Positions 13,333 to 24,884 of a stretch of 64,000 nt of DNA are shown here, piece by piece. Below the pieces are notes generated by a model that worked only from the letters and a program-made list of their open reading frames with translations, did no database searches and was not told the DNA's origin. This DNA comes from Malacoraja senta (lineage: Eukaryota). Where the stretch lies: NCBI GenBank assembly GCA_038087875.1, contig JAXLNO010000597.1:1-64000 (forward strand), written 5' to 3'. Numbering within the stretch: position 1 is the first letter of the stretch; every line of letters begins with the position of its first letter. A program made the position numbers and the translations under genes.

Positions 13333-14220
13333 AGGGCCTGTCACACTGCGGCGACCTAATCCACGAGTTCAGAAGAGTGTCTTCGACCTTCAAGCTCGAG
13401 GGCACTCGCCTGGAAAGCCTCGAGCTGGATCGACCATCAGCGATGAAACCGCGAGCTGGATCGACCGACCGCACACACAAACACACACACACACACACAA
13501 ACACATCGCAAAGGCGGGGGCCAGGGAAAGCGGGGGAGCGCTGTATGAAATTCACACCCGCGATGAAGAGGAAGGTAAAAGATGGCTGCACAGTGTACGG
13601 TAAGTCCTTTAGAGAGCGCGGGGTGGAGGGGGGAGGGAGAGAAGGAGAGAGAAGGAGAGAAGGAGAGAGAAGGGGTGAGAAGGGGAGAGAAGGGGGGAGA
13701 AGGGGTGAGAAGGGGGGGAGAAGGGGAGAGAAGGGGGGAGAAGGGGAGAGAAGGGGAGAGAAGGGGGGGGGAGAAGTGGGGAGGGGGGAGAAGGAGTGGA
13801 GACACTTTTAAGAAGCCAGACAACTTATAATAAAGTTTAGCGGGCATTTAACCTACCGGTCGGTTTTCCCTGGTGCTGAAAACTCCAATAAGCCAATTAA
13901 AATGCCCGGTCAGCGAAGGAGATCGCCTACGGCTGCCCTCGACTGCCTGTAACTACATAGCTACCCCACTCCACTGCACTACGAGTGCAAAAGAACCATG
14001 CCAACCAATTTTTACCAGCGGAAAATATTTCAACATGCTGAAATTTTTTTCGCGACCTAGCTGAGGCCGTGAGTATGCGAGAACTTCCCTCGAGCATGAA
14101 GGAGAGTTCCAGTGACCTCATAGGACCTTCTAGGACCACGTGTCAACCATGCTGTGAGTTTGAGTCAAGGGCTAACTCTTCTAAACTCGCAGATTAGGTC
14201 GCCGTAGTGGGACAGCCCCT
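13333..14220. mobile_element. PIF/Harbinger-like MITE copy 5 with internal purine-rich repeat
   Basis: TIRs agggcctgtcacactgcggcgacctaat / attaggtcgccgtagtgggacagcccct; flanks tca/tta. Confidence 0.85.
13620..13800 (+). repeat. Polypurine (GGGGAGAGAA-like)n tract
   Basis: About 180 bp of near-pure G/A with a 10-11 nt period. Confidence 0.9.
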
Positions 14221-14498
14221 TTAGGGTGGTTCTTCCTTGTGAATCAAGTTGAGGCACACTTTTTGAATTCAAAACAGATCTTAATGTAAACACGCTGTGG
14301 TCTCTGAAGCAACAAAGCATGTTGGCGAATCAGGAGTGAGGATGCCTTTGAAGCAACATGGAGATGAAAATGTGGACGCAGCATGAACAGCCATTTGGAA
14401 ATCGTGCTGCCTTCAAAAGGAAAGGCAGACATTTTTGCTTTCAGTTTGAATGTGCAGTATAACTTCCATCTTGTCCACAGCCAGCAAACAGTTGTAGC

Positions 14499-14603
14499 CA
14501 GACACAAAAAGTGGGTCAGACAGCATCTCTGGAGAAATGGAATAGGTGATGTTTTGGGTTGAGACCCTTCTTCAGGCATGCAGCACCTGCAGTTCCTTCC
14601 TCC
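14499..14603. mobile_element. Rearranged short PLE-end derivative
   Basis: Reverse arm ending gagacccttcttcag followed by forward tail cagcacctgcagttccttcc. Confidence 0.65.
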
Positions 14604-15389
14604 ACAACAGTTGTAGTCATTTGTGCTACCTGCATAATGTGCTAAATTCTCCCGCTCTCCACCACACATTCCGCCCCATTTCCCTCAGTCGACTGCTCCA
14701 TTAAACAGACTTGGCTATCGCCACTAAATAAAATCTTATCCCATGAGGTCCATCCCTTTCTGTCCCTCTGCAAGCAGAGCCTTTGTAGCTCCTGCATATT
14801 CATCTGAGTAGCATCCTGATGTTACGCCCTCTGCTCAAATGCCACCTTGCAATATTTCCACTCCATTATGCTATCTGCAGGCAGGAAATTGACTTCCAAT
14901 TTGTTTGCTCAACAAACCGCAGTGTAACATCAGCATCACTGCCACTTCCAGTAATCAATGTCAATTTAACAGCATGATAATCACAACCATCACTGTTAAA
15001 ACCCTTTTTAGGCCCTTTTCCTTTCTCAAGGCTTAAATCCCCCTTAATTTCCATTCCGAGATCCAGCTTATTGAAACTGCAGCTCAGCCAAAACGATATC
15101 ATGGGCTCCCATTAGAATTCATGGCTTCCCCCAATCTCCAGTAGATGATGATCCATAAACATTGGAGACAAATTCCCTATCCCCATTTTAAATATAGAAA
15201 TATTCCAGCCAAACTCTCTAAACCTAACCTACTACTTCTTATCTTATGTACTTATATTATTTTCCCAATTTTTCTCCTAGCACAATTCACATCTATGTTT
15301 TTCTCCCTGCAAGGCAATATCATAGTGGCAACTTTTCATAATATTATCTAAATATGAGTACATTTTCATTGTCTGGGATGACTGTCGGA

Positions 15390-15488
15390 ACAAAGAACTG
15401 CAGATGCTGGTTTACAGAAAAAGATACAACGTGCTGGAGTGCCTCAGTGAGTCAGGCAGCATCTCTGGAGAAGATGGTTAGGTGATGT
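15390..15488 (-). mobile_element. Short PLE-end derivative
   Basis: gaactgcagatgctgg...ggcagcatctctggag matches the PLE 3' end. Confidence 0.7.
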
Positions 15489-15649
15489 GTCAGGTTGGGT
15501 CTTTTATTAGACTGTAAAAGGGGAGGGGTAAGGGGGGTGGGTTGGAGAAAGCTATCAGGGAAGAGGGACAGGACAAAGCCTTTGAAGACTATTTGTTCCT
15601 TTACCAACAGGATTACTTTCCATAAAGGTACAATCATGCAGTGTGAATC

Positions 15650-15965
15650 AGTATTTATATTGGACCTTTTGCATTCATCTGAGAAAACCCCAAAACAGTT
15701 TTCAGCCAGTGTAACATTTTTTAAGTACAATCACCTACGTAATGTAGGAAACACAACAGTCAATAGTCACATTGCAAATTCCCATAATGACCAGATAATA
15801 TACATTAGTGAAGCAATTGAGGAATAAATATGTGTCGTTACATCGAAAAAAGTTTATTTATTTTTTCTCAAAATTATGCTTTGGGATCTTTTACATTCAC
15901 CTGAGATAACTGACAGAATCCAAACTTATTTGAAGGTTGGCACCTCTGACAACGTCGCACTCCAA
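15650..15965 (-). mobile_element. Ancient Deu-domain SINE-like remnant
   Basis: Blocks gtaatgtaggaaac, aatgaccagataat, tgggatcttttac, ggcacctctgaca in the order recalled for elasmobranch Deu-SINEs; opposite-strand homologue at 30530-30895. Confidence 0.5.
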
Positions 15966-16540
15966 CTTTGACAGCGCCCTTTATGCGGTGACTATTTGCA
16001 TACCTTGGGTATACAAGCTAAGGTTTTCACTGTGACTTGTCACATGTGAAAATAAAGTATTCAATTCAATTCAATTCAATTTGGATGTGGACTGACGAGG
16101 CACCTGCAAGAGTTCAATAATTAGGTGCCTGGATTAGAACATGAACCACAAATCCTTTTACTTCATTAAGAATGATGCACACAAAGCCACATTTTGTTTC
16201 GTTTTTAATGAATGTATTTGGTACGTGCATAAGGAACATATTGCTGCCTTATATGGTTCATTGCTGTCTGTACAGAAAGGGAAACCCAAAATGACCATGC
16301 AAACTCTCCTCGAGCAGATGATGAAGCCCAATTCAGTTGAGTCTACTTTAGTTTATTGTCACGTGTACCGAGGTACAGTGAAAAGCTTTTTGTTGCGTGC
16401 TAACCAAGTCAAGTCAAGTCACTTTTATTTCTATAACACATTTAAAAAACCACTCTCGTTCACCAAAGTGCTTTACATTGGTGGAGGTACTAACATTATA
16501 CAACAGTGGTTCATAGATTAAGTACATACATAAATATATA

Positions 16541-18157
16541 CAGTGGCTTGCAAAAATATTCATACCCCTTGAACTTTTCCACATTTTGTCACGTTACAAC
16601 CACAAATGTAAATGTATTTTATTGGGATTTTATGTGATAGACCAACACAAAGTGGCGCATAATTGTGAAGTGGAAGGAAAATGATACATGGTTTTCAAAT
16701 TTTTTTACAAATAAAAAACGGAAAAGTGTTGCGTGCAAAAGTATTCAGCCCCCTTTACTCTGATACCCCTAAATAAAATCCAGTGCAACCAATTGCCTTC
16801 AGAAGTCACCTAATTAGTAAATAGAGTCTACTTGTGTGTAATCTAATCTCAGTATAAATACAGCTGTTCTGTGAAGGCCTCAGAGGTTTGTTAGAGAACA
16901 TTAGTGAACAAATAGCATCATGAAGCCCAAGGAACACACCAGATAGGTCAGGGATAAAGTTGTGGAGAACTTTAAAGCAGGGTTAGGTTATAAACAAATA
17001 TCCCAAGCTTTGAACATCTCACGGAGCACTGTTCAATCCATCATCCGAAAATGGAAAGAGTATGGCACAACTGCAAACCTACCAAGACATGGCCGTCCAC
17101 CTAAACTGACAGGCCGGGCAAGGAGAGCATTGATCAGAGAAGCAGCCAAGAGGCCCATGGTAACTCTGGAGGAGCTGCAGAGATCCACAGCTCAGGTGGG
17201 AGAATCTGTCCACAGGACAAATATTAGTCTTGCACTCCACAAATCGGGCCTTTATGGAAGAGTGGCAAGAAGAAAGCCATTGTTGAAAAAACCCCATAAG
17301 AAGTCCCGTTTGCAGTTTGCCACAAGCCATGTGGGGGACACAGCAAACATGTGGAGGAAGGTGCTCTGGTCAGATGACACCAAAATTTAAGTTTTTGGCC
17401 TAAATGCAAAATGCTATGTGTGGCGGAAACCTAACACTGCACATCACCCTGAACACACCATCCCCAGTGTGAAACATGGTGGTGGCAGCATCATGCTGTG
17501 GGGATGCTTTTCTTCAGCAGGGACAGGGAAGCTGGTCAGAGTTGATGGGAAGATGGATGGAGCCAAATACAGGGCAATCTTGGAAGAAAACCTGTTAGAG
17601 TCTGCAAAAGACTTGAGACTGGGGCGGAGGTTCACCTTCCAGCAGGACAACGACCCTAAACATACAGCCAGAGCTACAATGGAATGGTTTAGATCAAAGC
17701 ATATTCATGTGCTAGAATGGCCCAGTCAAAGTCCAGACCTAAATCCAATTGAGAATCTCTGGCAAGACTTGAAAATTGCTGTTCACAGACGCTCTCCATC
17801 CAATCTGACTGAGCTTGAGCTATTTTGCAAAGAAGAATGGGCAAAAATTTCAGTCTCTAGATGTGCAAAGCTGGTAGAGACATACCCCAAAAGACTTGCA
17901 GCTGTAATTGCAGCGAAAGGTGGTTCTACAAAGTATTGACTCAGGGGGGCTGAATACTTTTGCACGTGACACTTTTCAGTTTTTTATTTGTAAAAAAATT
18001 TGAAAACCATGTATCATTTTCCTTCCACTTCACAATTATGCACCACTTTGTGTTGGTCTATCACATAAAATCCCAATAAAATACATTTACGTTTGTGGTT
18101 GTAACGTGACAAAATGTGGAAAAGTTCAAGGGGTATGAATACTTTTGCAAGCCACTG
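16541..18157 (+). mobile_element. Full-length Tc1-family DNA transposon (IR/DR type)
   Basis: About 213-bp TIRs beginning cagtggcttgcaaaa; TA at 16539-16540 and 18158-18159; inner and outer direct repeats tgcaaaa(a/g)tattca. Confidence 0.97.
16920..17939 (+). pseudogene. Tc1 DD34E transposase, 339 codons, two premature stops
   Basis: ATG at 16920; TAG 16944-16946 and TAA 17388-17390 in one continuous frame; [20 protein letters not shown] and SPDLNPIE with 34 residues between D and E. Confidence 0.95.
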
Positions 18158-18169
18158 TACATATAGCCC

Positions 18170-18522
18170 TCAGCAGAAAAACAATACATGTTTACAATCG
18201 AGCCATTTACAGTTTATAGATACATAAGGGAATAATGTTCAGTGCAAATTAAAACCTAGCAAAGTCTGGTCAAGGATAGTCCAAGGGTGACCAAAGAGGC
18301 AGATAGTAGTTCAGCATTGCTCTCTAGTTGTGGTAGGATGATACAGTTGCCTGATAACAGCTGGGAAGAAATTGTTTCTGAATCTGGAGGTGTGCGTTTT
18401 CACACTTCTATACCTTTTGCCTGATGGGAGAGGGGAGAAGAGGAAGTGGCCAGGGTGTGACTCATCCTTGATTATGCTGCTGGCCTTGCCGAGGCAGCGT
18501 GAGGTGTAAATGGAGTCAATGG
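18170..18522 (-). mobile_element. Rex1/Babar-like LINE 3' fragment (other half at 16350-16405)
   Basis: ORF 18311..18601 has SIYTSRCLGKASSIIKDESHPGH...RYRSVKTHTSRFRNNFFPAVIR. Confidence 0.7.
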
Positions 18523-18822
18523 ACTTGAAGTTTCCCAGGCATTTGATACCCATGCATAAAAATAAAAATAAAGGAATTATTACCTTTGTATCATTCACCA
18601 CCCATATTATTTATCTGTCAATTTAGTCCGATGAAGTAATCATGGCACAAATGCAAGAAAACATCACAAACACCCTTAGCTCAGTAGAAATCCATATACA
18701 GAAATAAAATAAATGGTGTTGCTTTAGGTTTTATTGAAGGGATAAATGTTGGATAGGACATTGGATAACATCATCAGTGGACCTGTTATGACCGTAGGTG
18801 AACTGCAGTGGGTCAAGGCTGC

Positions 18823-19132
18823 TTAGTTTAGTTTAGTTTAGAGATACAGCGTGGAAACAGGCCCTTTTGGCCCACCAGGTCCATGCTGACCAGCGATCCC
18901 CACACATTAACAATATCCTACTGGGTCAATTTTTACATTTACCAAGCCAATTAACCTACAAACCTGTATGTCTTTGGAGTGTGGGAGGAAACCGAAGATC
19001 TCGGAGAAAACCCACGCAGGTCACGAGGAGAACATATAAACTCCGTACAGACGGCACCCGTAGTCGGGATCGAACCCGGGTCTCCGGTGCTGCGTTCGCT
19101 GTAAGGCAGCAACTCTACCGCTGCGCGACTGT
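18823..19132 (-). mobile_element. tRNA-derived V-SINE (HE1-like)
   Basis: B-box gggttcgatcc, V-domain gggttttctcc...ggtttcctcccaca, CR1-like tail and (CTAAA)n end on the reverse strand. Confidence 0.8.
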
Positions 19133-20493
19133 GGACTGTATTTAACGCGATGATCAAAACTTTGTCCAAGGTTGAGATGATTATTAGTGTAGTGCGCAGC
19201 AACCACACAATTCACCTCTGCCATTTATTTATCACAATATCGATGTAGATTTATTGTTGTTAAATTGTCACTGTCAGATGTGGGCTGGGGCAGCTTAAAC
19301 TTGAAGCACAGCCAAACAAAGACAGATGGAAGGTTTTGTTTTGAAAGTGGCCAAGGACTAAATTAACTGCTTGATCAATGGTGTTTTATCATTAATGTCA
19401 TTCGTAACTGTCACTGTATGTCATGTTGTTACTTGTGGGCAGAGCACCAAGGCAAATTCCTTGTATGTGAATACTTGGACAATAAACTTACTTACTTACT
19501 TACTTAATTTTCATAACAGTAAACTTCTTTCACTACAGGCTGTATTCTGCACTGCACTTCATCGATATGAAGCCTTTACTGTAATATTAGTGGAAAACAT
19601 GCTCTGTCAGGTTGCAGATTTGTTCACATTATCTTGCAGCATCCATAAAAGTGATATATTGACCATGAAACTAGAACTTCATGCCACTTCATTATACTCC
19701 CAACCGAAAATAAAACTTTGACCAGCCTGACCACAGATCATTAACACAAAAAAGGCACAGTTACAGCTGTATCTGGTAGATCTACACATAACCTCTTGCA
19801 CCTTTTAATAGTGAGGGGAAAAAAAGGGAGTTCAATTGCAGGCTGCAAGGCAGAATATTGCAGAGGTCAAAGAGAAGCAAGCTTCCTTCAATAGAGAGTA
19901 AATGGAAAGCCGGGATAGAAGAGACATCAGCAGAGGTAATTTTGAAGTGAGATTGCTGAAACATCATCTGTAATATCATCAGTTAAGTTTTAGTTTATTG
20001 AAACAGTGTGATATTCGGGATGTACATAGAATTTGGATAATTGTTTAGAAATTGTATATATGTATGTTTATGTGCGTGCGTGCGTGCATATGCGTGTATA
20101 TATGTGTGTATATATCTGGCTTATGTATGGATATATGTATGTATGTATATGTTTGCGTATGTGTATATATATATGTATGTAGATGAGATAACATTTTGTG
20201 AATTAATTGATGAGTAACGAAGAAGAGGTGGGAATAAATAAATGTATACTTCCTCCTACTCCTTGTCAAACATGTAAGATTTAATTTGTGATGTTTATGA
20301 GAAGTTATTAATGAGTTGTGTATAGGTTTATTGTTCATTTCATTTTATTATTACTTTGCCTTGTATTTAACTTTTTTTTGTTTTATAGTTCGAAATAAAA
20401 TATAATATACTGTACTAACAGAATGGCATGTCGTGTACTGGCTCACCGGCAGGAGCTAGTCTCTAAAACTTGACGGTCACTCTGAAGTCTCTC

Positions 20494-20592
20494 AGTCTGA
20501 AGAACGGTCTCGACCCGAAACGTCACCCATTCCTTCTCTCCATGGATGATGCCTGTCCCGCTGAATTACTCCATCATTTTGTGTCTATCTTC
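20494..20592 (+). mobile_element. Short PLE-end derivative with complete hammerhead-like core
   Basis: ctgaagaacggtctcgacccgaaacgtc at 20497-20524. Confidence 0.8.
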
Positions 20593-21224
20593 AGCTATTA
20601 GTTACACTTTGGATCTGAATGCCAAGGAACCCTGTGCAGGAAATCTAGGAATGACCTGTGCTGAGCCATCAAGGATGTCAAGAGACAATTCCAGACCAAG
20701 TTGGTGTCCTTGACTAACAACATGGGCATCCATTGACTGTGTCAAGGCTTGCATGCTGAAACAGGCAACAAAGCAATGTTGCGCAGTATTGCTGGCAAGA
20801 ATGCATCTCACTCAGATGAGCTCCCTCTATGCATTCTATGGTCATTTTGAACATAATGTCACTGGAACAATGTCACCGCCCGAGGAGCTCTAGTTCCAAT
20901 GGTCAATTTTTTGGACGGCGGATCTGCTTGACTTAGAGTGAACCTGCTGAAAGCAACTTGCCTGGATAGAGTCCCTAACTATGTCCTCAGTGTCTGCACG
21001 GACCAGTGGAAGGAGTATTTGCAGACATATGTAACCTCTTCTTACTACAATCTGTAGTTCATATCTGCTTATAGAAAACCACCATGATGCTGGTGTCAAA
21101 GAAAAACAGGATAATGTGCCTGAATGATGTTAGTCCAGTCACTCTGACATCCACCATCATTAAGTGCCTCTGGAGGCTGATGCACACATCAACTCTAGCC
21201 TCCCAGGCAGCCTTGATCCCTTAC

Positions 21225-22197
21225 AGAAACCAGGAGCTGCAGATGCTGGTTTATACCAAAGATAGACAAAGAGTGCTGGAGTAACTCAGTAGGTCAAGCG
21301 TCATCTATTTAGTAAAAGGATGGGTGGCACTTTGGGTCGGGACCCTTGTTCAGACTGAAAGTTGTGGGTGGGAGGGAGGATGTGGTGAAGAATGGGAGGC
21401 GAGAATAGCCCAGGACCAATTGTTGGCTAGAAATGGTGTGATCTCAAGAGAAAAACAGTGTGGAGAACTGTAGAATGGGTAGAATGACTAGTGGAGGAAG
21501 GGGGGAGGGGGGGGAGGGGGGAGGGGGAGGGAGGGAGTAGTAAAAGTGACTTCAAATTAGAGAATTCAATGTTCATATAGTGGGTTGTAAGCCACCCAAG
21601 CAAAATATGTGGTGCTGTTCCTCCTATATGTGTGGGACCTCACTCTGGCAATGGAGTTGGCCCAGGACAGAATAGTCAGTATGGGAATGGGAAGGAGTTG
21701 AAATAGTGCAGCACTGGCTACTGCCTTACAGCGCCAGAGACCCGGGTTCGATCCTGATTATGGGTGCTTGTCTTATGTTCTCCTTGTGACCTGCGTGGGT
21801 TTTCTCCGGGATCTTCAGTTTCCTCCCACATTCCAAAGACGTACAGGTTTGTAGATTAATTGGCTTGGTATAAATGTAAAATTGTCCCCAGTGTGTGTAG
21901 GGTAGTGTTAATGTGCGGGGATCGCTGGTCGGTGCGGACTCGGTGGGCCGAAGGGCCTGTTTCCGGGCTGTATCTCTAGCTAAGCTAAAAAGATGGCAAC
22001 CAGGTTAGGTCTAGGCAGACCAAGCAGAAGCGATCAGCGAAATGGTCACCGAGTCTACGTTTGGTCTCAACCGATGTACAAGAGCCCACATTGGGAATGC
22101 CAGATGCAGTAGACGTCTAACCTGAACGGACATTGAGGTCTCTGGATAGAGTCGAAGGAGGAAGTATAAGGACAGGTATTGCATCTTCACTGCAGTT
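21225..22197 (-). mobile_element. Penelope-like 3' fragment (GIY-YIG region), split by a V-SINE
   Basis: Reverse-strand homology to 2700-3340 (gaggaacagcacc, ggcttacaaccc, atgaacattgaattctc). Confidence 0.75.
21705..21990 (+). mobile_element. tRNA-derived V-SINE
   Basis: gacccgggttcgatcc B-box, V-domain, gggccgaagggcctgtttc tail. Confidence 0.8.
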
Positions 22198-22949
22198 CAC
22201 CTCCTGCAAAAACTGGCCCATCTAACACTTATTCATGGTACATCTGGATGAGAGACCTATATCAGATTCTTATTTATTAACTATAGTTGTGCTTTCAATA
22301 TCATAATTCCAACCAAATTAACCTCCAAATTCCTCGATCTCGGACTGTCAATCTCCTTGCCTCCCTGATGAATTGAAAGAAAGCAGCAAGGATAGTCAAT
22401 AAACCATCTGCCACAATGATTCTCAACACCAGTGCCCCACAAGGCTGCATTCTCAGCCCCTTAATATATGTGCTACACATTCAAAACTGTGCAGCCAAAT
22501 TTTGCCCTAAGTCTCTTTTTAAAGATTGCAGATGGCACCATCGTAGTGAGCTGGATCTCAATCAATGAGACAGAATGCTGAGTAGCATTGTGTCAATGAA
22601 AAATATCATCAAATCCAAGGAGCTGGTGATTGACTTCAGGAAGCAGGACAGAGTACATACAGTATGTATCTGCTTCAATGGCAGGCATGAAAATCGCTAT
22701 CAAAACAGGGGGGTCCAGGGGGGACACAATTTCTTGGTGGGGGTGCACGCATGCGCACACTCACACACACAGGCGAGGTTTCGGACGCTTCAGCCATGGG
22801 CCCTGTGAAGACCCACTGTCAAAATAAACTTAAGCGAGAGAGGTGGCGGAACGAGCACTCCGTGCTGGTGCTCGGTCTGTTCAGCAGCAAGGGTGAGATC
22901 AACATCAGACAAGGCGCAAGTGGGGAGAAAAAGACTCTGTATAGACAGG

Positions 22950-23295
22950 ATCTAAACCCGTGGAATAAAGTGCTAGCCTGCTCAACCTCTCCCAATAGCT
23001 CGGGCCCTCGGGTCCTGGCAACCTCGTAAATCATCTCGGCATCCTTTCCAGCTTGACAAAATCATTCCATAACCAGAAGTGAACGCAATACTCTAAATGT
23101 GGCCTCACCGACATCTTATACAACAGCAACATGACCTCCTAACTTCAATACTCAGTGCTCTCAATGAAGGCCAATGTGGCAAAAGTCTTTTGTGACTACC
23201 TGTGATGCCACCTACAACAAACTGTGTACCTGTTCTCCTAGATCCTTCTGCTCTACAACACTTTGCAGAGCCCTGCCATTCACTCTGTAGGTTCT
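22950..23295 (-). mobile_element. Decayed CR1 fragment
   Basis: caatactctaaatgtggcctcacc is the reverse of the VRPHLEYC motif. Confidence 0.6.
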
Positions 23296-23719
23296 GCTCA
23301 CCTTGATTTGATTACACCATTTTCCTCTCCAGAAGTGTAATCAATCCAAGATTCGCAGCAATGCAGAGCTCGAAGTGAAAATTTAAAACAAAATACTCTT
23401 CAGTTTTGTCAGACTTGTCCACAACCAAAAAATTGAGCTAATTTCAGAATGTAATCTTCAAGTTCGATCAGTGACATTCCTGCTTTACTATAGATGTTAT
23501 TACTATAAAACATTTCAATGTTGTCCACAAATTTTCAAAGGACACTAATATTTGCCATGACATTTTTTAATAATATATTTGAAGGAATTATCCCTCCAAT
23601 ATCATACCAAATATTCAACTATTTTATTTTAGTGCTCTAATGAAACAATGATTCTGGAAAAATGAATATCCATTTGAAATATATTTAAATCCCTCAGTCC
23701 CTCGACAGGTCTAGCCTTA

Positions 23720-23957
23720 AGGGCCTGTCCCACTTCCACGACCTAATTCACGACCTTTTTTACTCGTGGACACTTTTCATCAGGCTAGAAAAAACGCCCT
23801 GACCTACTTGATGCCAGGAGTACCTACAACTAGCATCACAGCCTGCTACGACCTACCTACGACCTCCTACAACCTCGTGACGACCATGCTGTAAGTATGA
23901 GTCAAGGGCAAACTCGGCAGAGGTCGTGAATTAGGTTGTGAAAGTGGGACAGGCCCT
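23720..23957. mobile_element. PIF/Harbinger-like MITE copy 6
   Basis: About 35-bp TIRs agggcctgtcccacttccacgacctaattcacgacc / ggtcgtgaattaggttgtgaaagtgggacaggccct; perfect TTA duplication. Confidence 0.9.
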
Positions 23958-24884
23958 TTAGTTCCACCTCACTAGATGAAATTGATTTCTAGTGCGACAG
24001 GCTGCATTCCACAGTATGGCTTAGCACCAACACAAATTACACAAGTGAAGTTTGGACTCTCAATAAGACCTAGATAATGTTGTACCATATTTAAAATGAA
24101 AGCAAAATATTACAGGATAGCATATTGTTAGGATAAGCCATTAATACTTCCACATGCATTGCTAAATTGACAGAACCAGTGTCCAAATATATCCTCTAAG
24201 TGAATGAATAGTTATGTTAATAATGTTATAGTCCGACTTTTATAGGTATGTAAAGCGTGGCTTACATAAGGATACAGTACTGAGAAATTGAGACATTTTC
24301 AACCTCCTTTGTAAGAAGAAAGACATTTTACAAATAAATCTATCCAGAAAAAAATACTCTCAAATGTTAAAATGAATGATGTCAGAGAGACCTTTGCATG
24401 ACTGATGTGGCATTAAAGATTGCTCTCAACATAAACAAAATGTTCAAAAGAAATCTGATTTTTTTGCTGAACATGATGCTGAATTAAACTAATACCTTCT
24501 GCCTACATGATCCATTCTCTGCATTTTCATGTGCCCACCTAAAAGACTCTTACATACCTTGATCGTATCTGATTTCACCTGCACCCCAGGCAATACGTTT
24601 CATGCCCCTGCTAACCTCTATGTAAAAAAAACATGCCCTGCACACTCCTTTAACGAGGTACACGTTAACATCTGCCTAACCTCATCGGACATTGGGTCTT
24701 TGGATAGAGTTGAAGGAGGAGGTATAAGGACAGGTGTTGCATCTCCACTGGAGTTCACCTCCTGCCATGAGCTGGTCCATCTAACAGGCCGTACACTGAT
24801 TCATAGTACATCTGACTTTCTGACAAAGCCATGCCCCAGACCATTTGACATTTCCATCCTGGGAAAAATATTCTGAATATCTAG

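Larger units (their letters stand above)
20600..22670 (+). mobile_element. Decayed Rex1/Babar-like LINE RT fragment, interrupted by PLE and SINE
   Basis: Remnants CLNDVSPVTLTSTIIKC, gccccacaaggctgcattctcagcccc (APQGCILSP) and KSKELVIDFRK. Confidence 0.7.

Noticed and set aside
13377..13847. Gly/Glu/Arg-rich and Pro/Ser-rich ORFs
   Set aside because: Translations of the polypurine tract within a MITE
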